Below are positions 1-10,651 of a stretch of DNA of 64,000 nucleotides, one piece after another. This stretch comes from an uncultured Bacteroidia bacterium. GTDB taxonomy: Bacteria > Bacteroidota > Bacteroidia > J057 > JADKCL01. Location of the stretch: the NCBI GenBank assembly GCA_964352215.1, contig CAYGRE010000016.1:419-64418 (forward strand). Reading direction: 5' to 3'. The first letter of the stretch is position 1, and each line of letters opens with the position of its first letter. The notes beneath the pieces were generated by a model that worked only from the letters and a program-made list of their open reading frames with translations, was not told the DNA's origin and ran no database searches. Made by a program: the position numbers and the translations under genes.

Positions 1-1463
<1,463 letters not shown>

Positions 1464-1518
1464 TTAAATTTATGTACTTGGTATGCATGCATCGTAAATT
1501 GGACCAAAACCGAATCAG

Positions 1519-2352
1519 ATGGACAAAATGGAATTGACCACCCAAGACGGCACCGGCATCTTTGTCCGGCCGTGGACCCCTGAAGGAGAGCTGAAAGCAG
1601 TTATTGTTCAGGTACATGGACAAGGTGAACATACAGAGCGTTACCAGCATGTTGCGGACTACTTTAATCCCAAAGGGTATGCCCTCCTGGGATTTGATCA
1701 CCGTGGACATGGACGTTCCAAGGGAGCCAGAGGCCATATTCCCAGCTACGAATCCCTCATGGAAGAGCTGGACATTATTATGGACAAGGCCAAAGAGCTG
1801 TATCCGGATGTTCCCGTCATTTTATATGGTCACAGCTGGGGGGGAAATATCGCTGCCAACTACCTGATCCGTCGTCAACCCGATGTGCGGGGGGCCATCT
1901 TAACCGGTTCCTGGTTTGAATTGCCGGACACCCAGAAACCTTCTGCATTTATGGCCACCCTGGCCAAGGTCATGAATGTGATCTATCCCGCATTTGCGGA
2001 GGAGAACAAGATCGATGTCAGCGGATTGTCGACCGATGTAAAAGTCCAGCAAAAATACACCAATGATCCACTGGTACACGGTAAAATATCAGCCGGCGCA
2101 TTTGTGAAAAGTACCAAGGCTGCTGAGTATGCTCTTGCAAATGCGAGCAAAGTCAATGTCCCGGTATTGATCCTGCATGGCGGGGACGACCCGGTTACTG
2201 CTTCTGCTGGTTCAAAAGCATTTGCTGATGCGATCGGTGACGCGGCTGAATTAAAGATTTATCCGGGGATGCGCCATGAAATCCACAACGAGGTCGAGAA
2301 GCAAACCGTCCTCCAGGATATGTACGACTTCATCAAAGTCATTCTGCAATAG
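1519..2352 (+). CDS. Alpha/beta hydrolase, lysophospholipase/monoacylglycerol-lipase-like
   Basis: 277 aa. HGxGEH oxyanion-type block (VHGQGEHTERY), nucleophile elbow GHSWGG, C-terminal LHGGDD...HE catalytic-type residues. Confidence 0.85.
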   Translation: MDKMELTTQDGTGIFVRPWTPEGELKAVIVQVHGQGEHTERYQHVADYFNPKGYALLGFDHRGHGRSKGARGHIPSYESLMEELDIIMDKAKELYPDVPVILYGHSWGGNIAANYLIRRQPDVRGAILTGSWFELPDTQKPSAFMATLAKVMNVIYPAFAEENKIDVSGLSTDVKVQQKYTNDPLVHGKISAGAFVKSTKAAEYALANASKVNVPVLILHGGDDPVTASAGSKAFADAIGDAAELKIYPGMRHEIHNEVEKQTVLQDMYDFIKVILQ

Positions 2353-2454
2353 GCCAGGTTTTCCCTGGAAAAACTTCCCTCACTACCAGTCACGGCACGA
2401 GAAATTTCCGTCTTTCACGGAGAAATAAAGTCCGTTCCCAGGTTTACCAGCAAT

Positions 2455-2490
2455 AAAAAAACCCCACCGTCTAAAACAGACAGATGGGGC
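2455..2490 (-). terminator. Orphan rho-independent terminator on the minus strand
   Basis: The minus strand reads GCCCCATCTGTCTGTTTTAGACGGTGGGGTTTTTTT. This is a ~11-bp GC-rich stem with one bulge followed by a U7 tail. No annotated minus-strand gene lies upstream of it. Confidence 0.45.
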
Positions 2491-2729
2491 GATGTTTAGT
2501 TGGTATTTGTTTCTTTAATACCTTCTGAAAACAAGGTAAGAAAACTATCTATTTTGACCAAGTATTTTAAGCCTCGAAACATGGAATAGCTCCCTATCCC
2601 CAAAAAACAAGCATAATACTTTTCGCGAGCGCATACACCTCCAATTCAATCTTATTTAATCCATGTAAGATTATTGCCCCAAGTTGGGAGGCACGTCCCT
2701 TATGCTACACCATTACCCAATGCACCGGA

Positions 2730-4778
2730 TTGGCATTCCTGAATAGGATTTTTAAATTGGCTCCGATTACGATTACCATCACCCATCACCCTTTGGAAAA
2801 GATTCTCGGAAGAATTGACCGTCTCCCAAATCTGGGGCTTGCATTGATCATCGGGCTACTGGCCTTTGTTCAATACAGCAATACCTTTCAAAATGATTAT
2901 GCGCTGGATGATACCATTGTCATTCTCGAAAACTCCAAGGTAAAAGACGGCCTGGTCAGCCTGGACCAGTACTTTATCAAGGCAAAGTCCCAATTGCTGG
3001 AGGACCAGTATGGTTACCGTCCCATCACGCTGATGACCCTGGCGCTGGACATTGAGTTGTTTGGCAAAGGGGCGAAAGGGGGGCATATCATGAATGCCCT
3101 CTATTATGCGCTCCTCTGTATCCTCCTCTTTTTCACCCTGCGAAAGCTATTTCCCAAGGCCCGTAATTTCTTCCTTTTAGCAGTGGTGATCCTCTTTGTG
3201 GTCCATCCCCTCCATGTGGAAGCAGTTGCCAATATCAAAAGTCGGGATGAGATTCTCGCCCTCTTCTTTGGCCTGGCCTCTCTGAGCTTTTTTCTCTCCT
3301 GGCTCCGCCAGGGTGCAATCTGGGCCCTTCCGGCCGCTATCGTCGCCCTCGGGCTGGGTTTTTTGTCCAAGGAAAGCGCCATCACTTTCCTCGCCATCCT
3401 TCCCCTGGCCGCCCTCGTCCAATTGGATTTGCCCCGCAAACAACGCTTGCTCCGGTCCTCCATCGTATTGGCCGCTTGCCTTGGAACCGTGGTCGCCATC
3501 ACCGCCCTCAGCCAAAGTTCCACGGTAGACAATACCAGTTTGACCGAAGGTGCCGGCATCAAGATGGAAGACAAGATCATGGGCAATGCCATCTTCCAGC
3601 AACACCGGGATCATGAACGGATCGCCACCGGTACCGGGATCATGCTGCGCTATGTCAAGAGCTTCCTCGTCCCCCACCCCCTCGTCTATTATACCGGCTA
3701 CAACCATATTCCCCTGACCAGCTTTGCCGACCCGCTGGTGATCGGCTCCCTGGTATTTCACCTGCTGCTCCTCTTTCTGGCCATCTGGTTTTTCCGAAAG
3801 CACCCCCTCATTGCCTTTGGGGTTTTCTACTATTTCATCACCATTTCCCCTTATACCCATTTTCTCCGACCGCTCTCTGATGCTATGGCCGACCGATTTA
3901 TGCTCTCTCCCTCGGTGGGCCTGAGCCTGATTCTGGTCTATGGGGGTATGTTACTCGCAAAGATTCCATGGGAAAAACAGGCATTGAAGGCTTCCCGCTA
4001 CCTGACCCCGTTTACCCTGGTCCTCCTCGGGATCATCCTCACCTTTTCCATCCTCTCCTACTCCCGGAACAAAGCCTGGAAAGACAACCTCGTCCTCTTT
4101 TCGACCGATATCGTTAACCTCGAGGACTGCGCCCGCTGCCACTTCCATTATGCAGAGGCACTGGCCATTACCTACGCCAGCCAGACCGCTCCCCGGCAGG
4201 CCCAACTCAAGCCGGAGATCATTTCCCATTACCGGAAAGCGATTGAGATCACTCCCCTGGCTTACAATTCTTATGTCAGTCTCGGGCGGTTTCTCTACTC
4301 CCTCAATATGTACGAAGAAGGGAATGAAATTCTGAAAAGTGCCATCCAGGAATACCCCGAGGAAGCCCGGCCTTATTTTCACCTTGCCCACGGACTTATG
4401 GCTCAGCGCAGAGAAAAAGAATCCATTCCCTACTTTGAAAAAACCATCGAACTGGCTCCCAACCGGGAAGAACCCTACTTCTACTATGCCTGGGCGCATT
4501 ACAATACCGGTGCTTATGAGAAAGGGATTCAGATCATGGAGGAAGGGCTGGCCAAATTCCCCGAGAACAGCGCGACCTACCACAATGCGCTTTCCGATAT
4601 GTGCCTGGGGATAGGACAACTGGACAAAGGGTTCGGCTATATGAAGGATGCCTTGGAAATTGACCCGGCCAATGCGGCCATTTATCAGAAGTTCATCCAG
4701 GCCTATACGGAGATTGGTGACTCCACCAATGCCGCTTATTATTATAATTTGGCGGTTTCCCGAGGGGTTATGCGGTAG
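2730..4778 (+). CDS. Polytopic membrane glycosyltransferase-like protein (GT-C fold, TMTC/PMT-like) with C-terminal TPR repeats
   Basis: 682 aa. About 10 hydrophobic segments, with a YALDD acidic motif in the first loop as in GT-C/TMTC-type transferases. The C-terminal 200 aa form tandem TPR-like units (YRKAIEITPLAYNSYVSLG.., YFEKTIELAPNREEPYFYYA.., ALEIDPANAAIYQ). The start is uncertain: only TTG candidates at 2730, 2757 and 2793, and no ATG before the first TM segment. Confidence 0.7.
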   Translation: MAFLNRIFKLAPITITITHHPLEKILGRIDRLPNLGLALIIGLLAFVQYSNTFQNDYALDDTIVILENSKVKDGLVSLDQYFIKAKSQLLEDQYGYRPITLMTLALDIELFGKGAKGGHIMNALYYALLCILLFFTLRKLFPKARNFFLLAVVILFVVHPLHVEAVANIKSRDEILALFFGLASLSFFLSWLRQGAIWALPAAIVALGLGFLSKESAITFLAILPLAALVQLDLPRKQRLLRSSIVLAACLGTVVAITALSQSSTVDNTSLTEGAGIKMEDKIMGNAIFQQHRDHERIATGTGIMLRYVKSFLVPHPLVYYTGYNHIPLTSFADPLVIGSLVFHLLLLFLAIWFFRKHPLIAFGVFYYFITISPYTHFLRPLSDAMADRFMLSPSVGLSLILVYGGMLLAKIPWEKQALKASRYLTPFTLVLLGIILTFSILSYSRNKAWKDNLVLFSTDIVNLEDCARCHFHYAEALAITYASQTAPRQAQLKPEIISHYRKAIEITPLAYNSYVSLGRFLYSLNMYEEGNEILKSAIQEYPEEARPYFHLAHGLMAQRREKESIPYFEKTIELAPNREEPYFYYAWAHYNTGAYEKGIQIMEEGLAKFPENSATYHNALSDMCLGIGQLDKGFGYMKDALEIDPANAAIYQKFIQAYTEIGDSTNAAYYYNLAVSRGVMR

Positions 4779-5766
4779 GTGGTTTCCTGCGAATATCCTT
4801 GCCGCGCCAATAGAAGTTCGGATGGCGGTACTGCCGCTTGTTCATAATATAGCGGTCCAGGTCAAAATCGTAGCGGATCACGGGCGGTAGTTTGTACCAG
4901 GCTTCGTAAATGCGTCTCAGCACCGGGATATCCAGGAAAAAGGCCAATCCAAAAGGGATAATGAAAAACCGCTGAAAACTCAGCCATCCCCGCAACAGGG
5001 GAGAAAGGCTTTTGCGCTCACGCTTGACCACCGCCGCCGCCTCAGCCAGGTATTCAGAACGGTATTCCATGGAAATCTGCTCTTTGCCAATTTGCTCTTT
5101 GCCAATTTGCTCTTTGCCAATTTGCTCTTTCCCCCGGTGACGAAATCCCCCCAGCAGGGTCATGGTCGTATACAATTTTGCATGGCGAAAAAAGCGGGCC
5201 CAGAGCTCCATGTCTACCGCATAGTTTTGATCCTCGTCCAGGTATCCCCCTGCTTTTTCCCAAAGCTCCCGCCGCCAAAATGTCGACTCCTGCATGATAT
5301 ACTGAAAATCATAGGTCAGGTAACGCCATTTTGACCAACGCGCCCAGGGCAGAGCGATCCGGTTGATGGTAGCGCCCCCCGGCTCAAACTCAGTCGGATA
5401 GCCCATCAACCACTCCACTTCCTCAAATTCGCCGAAGATTTTTGCGACTTCCCAGAGGGCGCGGTGGTGGTACCGGTCATCAGAATTGAGCCAGGCCATG
5501 ATTTCTCCGGTGCTCTTCGCAAATCCTTTTTCCAGGGCATCTCTTTGGCCTTTGTCCGGCTCACTCACCCACCAGGCAATCTGCTTCTCATACTTCCGGA
5601 TCACCTCTACGCTCCCATCCGTACTGCCCCCATCGACAACGATCAGTTCCAGATTGGGATACTCCTGATCAACCACCGAACGGATGGCTGTATCCAGATA
5701 TTCCGCCAGGTTGTAATTGACGATGACGATGGAGATACGCGGGAGATTTTGGGGATCTTTAGCCAT
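4768..5766 (-). CDS. Family 2 glycosyltransferase carrying an internal (GKEQI)n pentapeptide repeat
   Basis: 332 aa. N-terminus ISIVIVNYNLAEYLDTAIRSVVDQEYPNLELIVVDGGSTDGS and SDDRY (DxD-type) are typical GT2 (WcaA-like). The 3' end overlaps the convergent TPR gene by 11 nt. Confidence 0.85.
   Translation of the reverse strand: MAKDPQNLPRISIVIVNYNLAEYLDTAIRSVVDQEYPNLELIVVDGGSTDGSVEVIRKYEKQIAWWVSEPDKGQRDALEKGFAKSTGEIMAWLNSDDRYHHRALWEVAKIFGEFEEVEWLMGYPTEFEPGGATINRIALPWARWSKWRYLTYDFQYIMQESTFWRRELWEKAGGYLDEDQNYAVDMELWARFFRHAKLYTTMTLLGGFRHRGKEQIGKEQIGKEQIGKEQISMEYRSEYLAEAAAVVKRERKSLSPLLRGWLSFQRFFIIPFGLAFFLDIPVLRRIYEAWYKLPPVIRYDFDLDRYIMNKRQYRHPNFYWRGKDIRRKPPTA
5078..5131. repeat. Perfect 15-bp tandem repeat, ~3.6 copies, in frame inside the GT2 gene
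   Basis: TGCTCTTTGCCAATT is repeated head to tail from 5078, with a fourth copy diverging after 9 nt. It encodes GKEQIGKEQIGKEQIGKEQI on the minus strand. Confidence 0.9.
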
Positions 5767-5801
5767 TCAGGGTTTCTGATTCGGCTCCAATTTACAAAAG
5801 G

Positions 5802-7382
5802 TTATCTGTTTATTATGATGCGTTCGCAGAAGAACCGGCCAGGCTCTTCCCCGCGCATTTCTCGTGTTTGGAAGCTCAGAAGGTACATCCCCGCCGCGAA
5901 TTCGGAGAGGTCCAGGACTTTTTCGAGGTCTGCTCCGTTGGTTGGAATTTCCAGTCTGAGCTTGCCATTCATATCCCATATCTTCAGGTATACCATCTCT
6001 GAATAAGGTATTTCCCACTGGATTTTTACCCGGTCCCGGCTTGGATTTGGGATGATGGAAAGGTGGGGAGCTTTGAGTGCAGGGAGGGTATTGACCACAT
6101 TGATTGGCAGGCAGGCAGAATCGGTTCCGCAGGGACCAAAGGCGGTCAGGCAGGCGGTGAAATTACCTGTATTCTGATAGGTATAGATCGGATTGGGTAA
6201 GGTGGAAGTCCCTCCGTCGCCAAAGTCCCACCGCAGGGAATCAATGTCTCCCGTGCTGAGATCAGCGAAATCAAAGGTTTGGTTTCCCGCGGCTGGCATG
6301 AAGGTGAAGGAGGCGACCGCAGTGGTGGCAAAGTTGACGGTGGTGGAATCCTCGCCAGTACATCCATTTGCAGCCGTGACGAGTACAGAAATGACTCCGG
6401 ACTGAAAAGTGGAGAGGATCTGAGTTGTATCTCCGGTACTCCACAAATAACTACTCCCCGGATTTCCAGCATCGAGCACCACGGGATCACCGGTGCATTC
6501 GGTGGCGGATGGGGGCAGATTGGGAAGTGGCAGGGGGAGTGAATTGATGGTAAATGTATCTGTGATCGGGCAGCCCAGGGTATCGCTTGCCGTACCGATA
6601 TAGGTTCCAGCAGGCAGGGGGCCTACTTCAATCATTCCCGGTGAAGACTCAGGAAAACAGGTTTCGATAGAACTTCCCAGGGGGCGGGTGCAATATTTTC
6701 GTCCTATCTCACTTCCTCCGGTAACCGCCACCGTAAAAGTCGCACTGTCCTGGCCACAGACATCCGGGATCGCAGGTAAAGTCGCCGCAAAAGGGGGCGG
6801 TTCAGTCAGCAGCACGGAATCGGTGATGGAAAATCCCTGGCCATCGGTAATGGTCACAGATATCCATCCCGCCGGGAGCCCGGTGGCGGTATCACTGGTA
6901 GCTCCATTGGACCAGAGGAAGGAATACGGCGGACAGCCGTCGAATCCCTGGGCGACCGCAATCCCGGTGGAATCCCCGGCGCAGGCAATGTTAACGCCAC
7001 CGGGAAGGGTATCTGCATCAACCGATAAGACCAGCGGAAATCCATTTACGGTGATGAAGAAAATACAGGAGCTGTTGTTGCCAGACGAATCGGTGGCCGT
7101 ATAAGTAACCACCGTAGTCCCGGGACCAAAAAAATCACCGGAATTGTGGGAGGAAGTTAACGTCACCGAGGAACAATTGTCGGTGGCTTGTGGGGTGGTC
7201 CAGAATGCGGTGGAGCCACATTGGCCGCTTTGAAAAGTGAGGGTTTGGGACGGAGGGCAATTGACGGAAGGTGGAATGGTATCGTTCGCACAGGCAAACA
7301 CCCCGCTACCGCCTCCTAAAAGACAGGCGAATACCAGCAAGAGCTCAAGTTTTATTGTGCTGGATAACCTTAAAATACGCAT
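5802..7382 (-). CDS. Secreted multidomain surface protein (HYR-like, SprB-type repeat, PKD-like) with a type-A T9SS C-terminal sorting domain
   Basis: 526 aa with a signal peptide. HYR-like block (PPSVNCPPSQT..QATDNCS..TVVTYTATDSSGN), SprB-type repeat (ACAGDSTGIA..GCPPYSFLWSNGAT), PKD-like WDFGDGGTS..YTYQNTGNF. C-terminal tail IIPNPSRDRVKIQ...YLKIWDMNGKL..LSEFAAGMYLLSF. Confidence 0.85.
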   Translation of the reverse strand: MRILRLSSTIKLELLLVFACLLGGGSGVFACANDTIPPSVNCPPSQTLTFQSGQCGSTAFWTTPQATDNCSSVTLTSSHNSGDFFGPGTTVVTYTATDSSGNNSSCIFFITVNGFPLVLSVDADTLPGGVNIACAGDSTGIAVAQGFDGCPPYSFLWSNGATSDTATGLPAGWISVTITDGQGFSITDSVLLTEPPPFAATLPAIPDVCGQDSATFTVAVTGGSEIGRKYCTRPLGSSIETCFPESSPGMIEVGPLPAGTYIGTASDTLGCPITDTFTINSLPLPLPNLPPSATECTGDPVVLDAGNPGSSYLWSTGDTTQILSTFQSGVISVLVTAANGCTGEDSTTVNFATTAVASFTFMPAAGNQTFDFADLSTGDIDSLRWDFGDGGTSTLPNPIYTYQNTGNFTACLTAFGPCGTDSACLPINVVNTLPALKAPHLSIIPNPSRDRVKIQWEIPYSEMVYLKIWDMNGKLRLEIPTNGADLEKVLDLSEFAAGMYLLSFQTREMRGEEPGRFFCERIIINR

Positions 7383-7523
7383 TCAATCCTCGCCTTAATT
7401 CTCAGGTATAATTTTCATTTAAGGCAGCGACTTTGCAAACCAATCCTGTTGTAAACCTTACGGGTTGATGGGGATGGGGATTTATTTTGCTTTTAGCATA
7501 AGAGCCTATCCCCTAATTCCCCC

Positions 7524-7940
7524 CTACAATCTCTCCTTCAAAGCCTTGATCTCTTCCTCCTTCTCCGCCAGCTTTTTCAGGTATTTCACTTCCATCTGAG
7601 CCATTTTTTCACCCAGGAGTGCATTTTCTAATTTGAGTGCTTTCTTTTCCTCCGACTCCTCCTGCGCCTTCCTGAGTTGGCTTTCGTCGTCTAACCCAGC
7701 CTGTAGAGCCCTTTCCAGCAAGACCTTGGATTCATTGGAGACAAACTCGACCATCAGGTCCTTGCCCAATACAAGGGAGATCTCTCTGACGCTGTCCGAA
7801 CTCCACCCCTTGCGGGCGATCCGCTTGTAAAAGGCACTTTCACTGACCCCCAACTGACGGGCGATCTTCCGCTGACTGATCTTGTACTTCTTCAATTCCT
7901 CCTTGATCAGATTTCCCCAATGTGGTTCGCTGTATTTCAT
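7524..7940 (-). CDS. Small helix-turn-helix protein with a C-terminal coiled coil; function unknown
   Basis: 138 aa. HTH-like segment ISQRKIARQLGVSESAFYKRIARKGWS. The C-terminal 55 aa are heptad-like and rich in E, K and L (EEKKALKLENALLGEKMAQMEVKYLKKLAEKEEEIKALKERL). Confidence 0.6.
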   Translation of the reverse strand: MKYSEPHWGNLIKEELKKYKISQRKIARQLGVSESAFYKRIARKGWSSDSVREISLVLGKDLMVEFVSNESKVLLERALQAGLDDESQLRKAQEESEEKKALKLENALLGEKMAQMEVKYLKKLAEKEEEIKALKERL

Positions 7941-8185
7941 GTTTATTTATTGATGGTTGAAAAAGGTGCCCAGGTACAAAATGGTCCCCTTGATGTTAAA
8001 ACAGGGATAATATAGGAATAAATGTTAAAATTCAGGAGGCGTTGTGCCGAAATTCAGGAGGTATTCTGCCGAATACAGCAGTTTATTCTAAAAGGGGCCA
8101 TTCCGTTTGGCTGCGTACAGCTCAACCTACGGCTGAAAGGGTATTTACCCTTGTCCGAATACCGAGGACTGTACACTGCCGGGCG

Positions 8186-8604
8186 TATATCCACCCGCTG
8201 GTGTCCAGTCTCCACCCGCTGGTGTACAGTTGTCCACCCGCTGGCGTACAGTCCTATACCCCCTGGAGGGTCTATTCCTACCCCCTGAAGAAGGTCCGAT
8301 TACCCTCCAGCCTGCCACCCTGGGCCCTCCGGGGTACTTCCAACTACCCTCTGACCTACCTGTATCCACCCGCCAGACCACCCAGACGACCCGCCGGCGA
8401 GGGTACATTCACCCGCCAGCGTACAACCATGACCCTCCAGCCAGGATGCATCCACCCGCTCGCGTACAGTGGATGCCCCTCAGCCATGGTATTAAAGGCT
8501 CCCCCGGATGGGTCCGTCTACCCACAAGCGTACGTATGTCCACCCGCCAGCGTACAGTAGTCCACCCGCCAGCGTACATTTATCCACCCGCTGATGTACA
8601 TATT
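8186..8604. repeat. Degenerate tandem array of ~19 units with a 21-22 bp period; consensus TCCACCCGCYRGYGTACA
   Basis: Well-conserved copies start at 8190, 8211, 8233, 8365, 8408, 8451, 8539, 8561 and 8583. All are in the same orientation and every interval is a multiple of 21-22 bp. The gaps hold degenerate copies. The array lies in the 750-bp divergent intergenic region between 7940 and 8690. Confidence 0.85.
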
Positions 8605-8689
8605 CCCATCAAAAATCATCTTTCTTGGTGTTTATTCGCATGTCGGGGTCGGAAAATATTTGTAACATTGCCCTAAACCGGAAGGACGG

Positions 8690-9877
8690 ATGAGCCGATA
8701 CAACAATATCAGTGACAAGCACCTGGCCCGCATCATGGATGCCTACCCAGCTGTTTCGGACCTGGCCAGAAAGGCGAAAAAGCGCATTCCCAATGTGGCA
8801 TGGGAGTACCTGGAGTCGGGAACCGGCTATGATACCGCTATGCAACGCAACCGCGCGGCACTCGATCAGATCACCTTTCGCCCCCGATTCATCAGGGGAA
8901 AACTCGACGTCAATCTGGAAACCACCCTGTTCGGCAGGACTTACAGTGCCCCCTTCGGCATCGCTCCCATGGGCCTTTCCGGGTTGATTTGGCCCAAATG
9001 TGAAACCATATTTGCCCGTTCTGCCCGGACCAATCAGATTCCCTATACCCTGAGTACGGTTGCTACTCAGACCCCGGAAGTGATCGGGCCGGAAATCGGA
9101 GAAATGGGCTGGTTCCAATTGTATCCTCCCAAGGTCCCGGAAATCCGGGCCGCTATGCTGAAACGGGTTGCGGATGCAGGATTCCATACCCTGCTCATCA
9201 CCGCCGATGTTCCCACCCCCGGACGCCGGGAAGCTTCCCGCAAGGCTGGCCTCACTATGCCGCCCAAAATCAACCTGAAGATGATCTGGGAAGGTATGAC
9301 CCACCCCTGGTGGAGCCTGGAAGTCCTCAAAAAGGGCCTGCCCCGCCTCCGTTTTGTGGAGTCATTCAGCCCGAAAAAAGACCTGAAATCAGCCGCGAAT
9401 TATGCGCGTTTTGAATTCCGGGGTGACCTCGACTGGGAGTATATCAAAAAAGTCCGGGAGCTCTGGAAAGGGACGATCCTGTTAAAAGGTTTGCTGCACC
9501 CGGAAGATGCGGCGATGGCGGTGGCCCATGGATTGGATGGGATTGTGGTTTCCAACCACGGCGGGCGGCAGTTTGACGGGGCACCGGCTGCGATTGATGC
9601 TTTGCCGGTGATCGCCGCAGCTGTCAATGGAAAGATTCCGATCATATTTGACAGTGGCATCCGCTCGGGTTTGGATATTCTTCGTGCCTTGGCCCTGGGA
9701 GCCGATTTTGTCATGATTGGCCGGCCCTATCTGTACGGCGTTGCGGCCCTGGGCAAGCGCGGAGCCGACCATGTGACCAATATTTTCGTGGAAGACCTGA
9801 CCAACAATATGAAGCAGATGGGAATTGTGACTCCGGGGGAAGCTAAGACATTGTTGGCTTCGGCTGACTCCCATTGA
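8690..9877 (+). CDS. FMN-dependent alpha-hydroxy-acid dehydrogenase/oxidase (L-lactate dehydrogenase/glycolate oxidase family)
   Basis: 395 aa. Family blocks APMGL, VSNHGGRQFDGAPA, FDSGIRSGLDILRALALGADFVMIGRPYLYG. Confidence 0.9.
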   Translation: MSRYNNISDKHLARIMDAYPAVSDLARKAKKRIPNVAWEYLESGTGYDTAMQRNRAALDQITFRPRFIRGKLDVNLETTLFGRTYSAPFGIAPMGLSGLIWPKCETIFARSARTNQIPYTLSTVATQTPEVIGPEIGEMGWFQLYPPKVPEIRAAMLKRVADAGFHTLLITADVPTPGRREASRKAGLTMPPKINLKMIWEGMTHPWWSLEVLKKGLPRLRFVESFSPKKDLKSAANYARFEFRGDLDWEYIKKVRELWKGTILLKGLLHPEDAAMAVAHGLDGIVVSNHGGRQFDGAPAAIDALPVIAAAVNGKIPIIFDSGIRSGLDILRALALGADFVMIGRPYLYGVAALGKRGADHVTNIFVEDLTNNMKQMGIVTPGEAKTLLASADSH

Positions 9878-10003
9878 CGACTATTGGCAATCGTTTATTT
9901 GCATCCCAACTCTGGTTGCCTCAACCTCTCTTGCATTCGCCCAAATTGATGATCCTTGGCTATCTTTGTCTGGTAAGAATCATCCGTGTAAATCCAGTGT
10001 CCA

Positions 10004-10420
10004 ATGAACAATTTATTCAATACTTACCGCCCCGATGGCTTCTCCACCGTCAATTCCTATTTGTTCGTATCCAATCCACGGGGGCTGATTGATTTTCTGA
10101 AGCGGGCATTTGAAGCGCAAGAAGTTAGCCTTACCCTGCGTCCTGACAACGGCCTGATCGCCAATTGTATTCTCAAAATCGGCGACTCCTGCATTATGAT
10201 CAGCCAGGCCAACGGAGCATTTGTCGACATGCGCAGCGCCCTCTATCTCTACACCAATGACGTAGATACTTTGTATGAACACGCGGTCGCTCTCGGTGCA
10301 AAATCTGTTTTCCCGCCTGCCAACCAGGAGTATGGAGATCGTCAGGCCGGAATCGAAGACCCCTGCGGCAATTATTGGTGGATTTCGCAGCGGCTTGAGG
10401 AAAAGGGCTATAAGGAATAG
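10004..10420 (+). CDS. VOC/glyoxalase-bleomycin resistance family protein (PhnB-like)
   Basis: 138 aa. C-terminal YGDRQAGIEDPCGNYWWIS is a typical VOC/PhnB-like motif. Confidence 0.75.
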   Translation: MNNLFNTYRPDGFSTVNSYLFVSNPRGLIDFLKRAFEAQEVSLTLRPDNGLIANCILKIGDSCIMISQANGAFVDMRSALYLYTNDVDTLYEHAVALGAKSVFPPANQEYGDRQAGIEDPCGNYWWISQRLEEKGYKE

Positions 10421-10651
10421 AAAGTAAACCGAAACAGTGAGTGGCCAGGAAGAACCGATATTGCCCTGTTCTACCATGTAACAGATCGGAAACGCAAAGT
10501 ATTTGCGCCAAACACCGGGACTGTCTTATTGATTTCTTATCTTTATTGGACCGGACCTGGAGTCCAAAACGGATTTATAGAACAATGGATTTTCAAGATA
10601 TGGACTGTTTAACCAGTCTCAATTCCGAGGAAACCGGTATCTAGCCTATTA

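Noticed and set aside
3104-4619. Antisense and alternative-frame ORFs (3104-3592, 3177-3860, 3951-4619 and others) within the TPR membrane-protein gene.
   Set aside because: The plus-strand frame gives coherent TM helices and TPR units. The others are shadows.
8186-8604. CRISPR array.
   Set aside because: The units are contiguous with no unique spacers, the period is only 21-22 bp, many copies are degenerate, and there are no cas genes in the window.
8022-8676. Three overlapping plus-strand ORFs (88, 172 and 148 aa) and a minus-strand ORF (8145-8408) across the repeat array.
   Set aside because: They exist only because the 21-22 bp unit lacks stop codons. The alternating unit length shifts the frame from copy to copy, so no frame encodes a consistent repeat protein.
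7941-8689. Chromosomal replication origin. The repeat core (A/G)TCCACC resembles the DnaA box TTATCCACA (best case TTATCCACC at ~8580, an 8/9 match).
   Set aside because: There is no perfect DnaA box. All copies end in CCC rather than CACA. There is no marked AT-rich unwinding element adjacent to the array, no dnaA, dnaN or gidA nearby, and no clear gene-orientation switch. It is retained only as a test (GC skew) under the repeat finding.
8609-9874. Minus-strand ORFs 8609-9304, 9400-9714 and 9482-9874.
   Set aside because: They are antisense to the well-supported FMN-dependent dehydrogenase gene.
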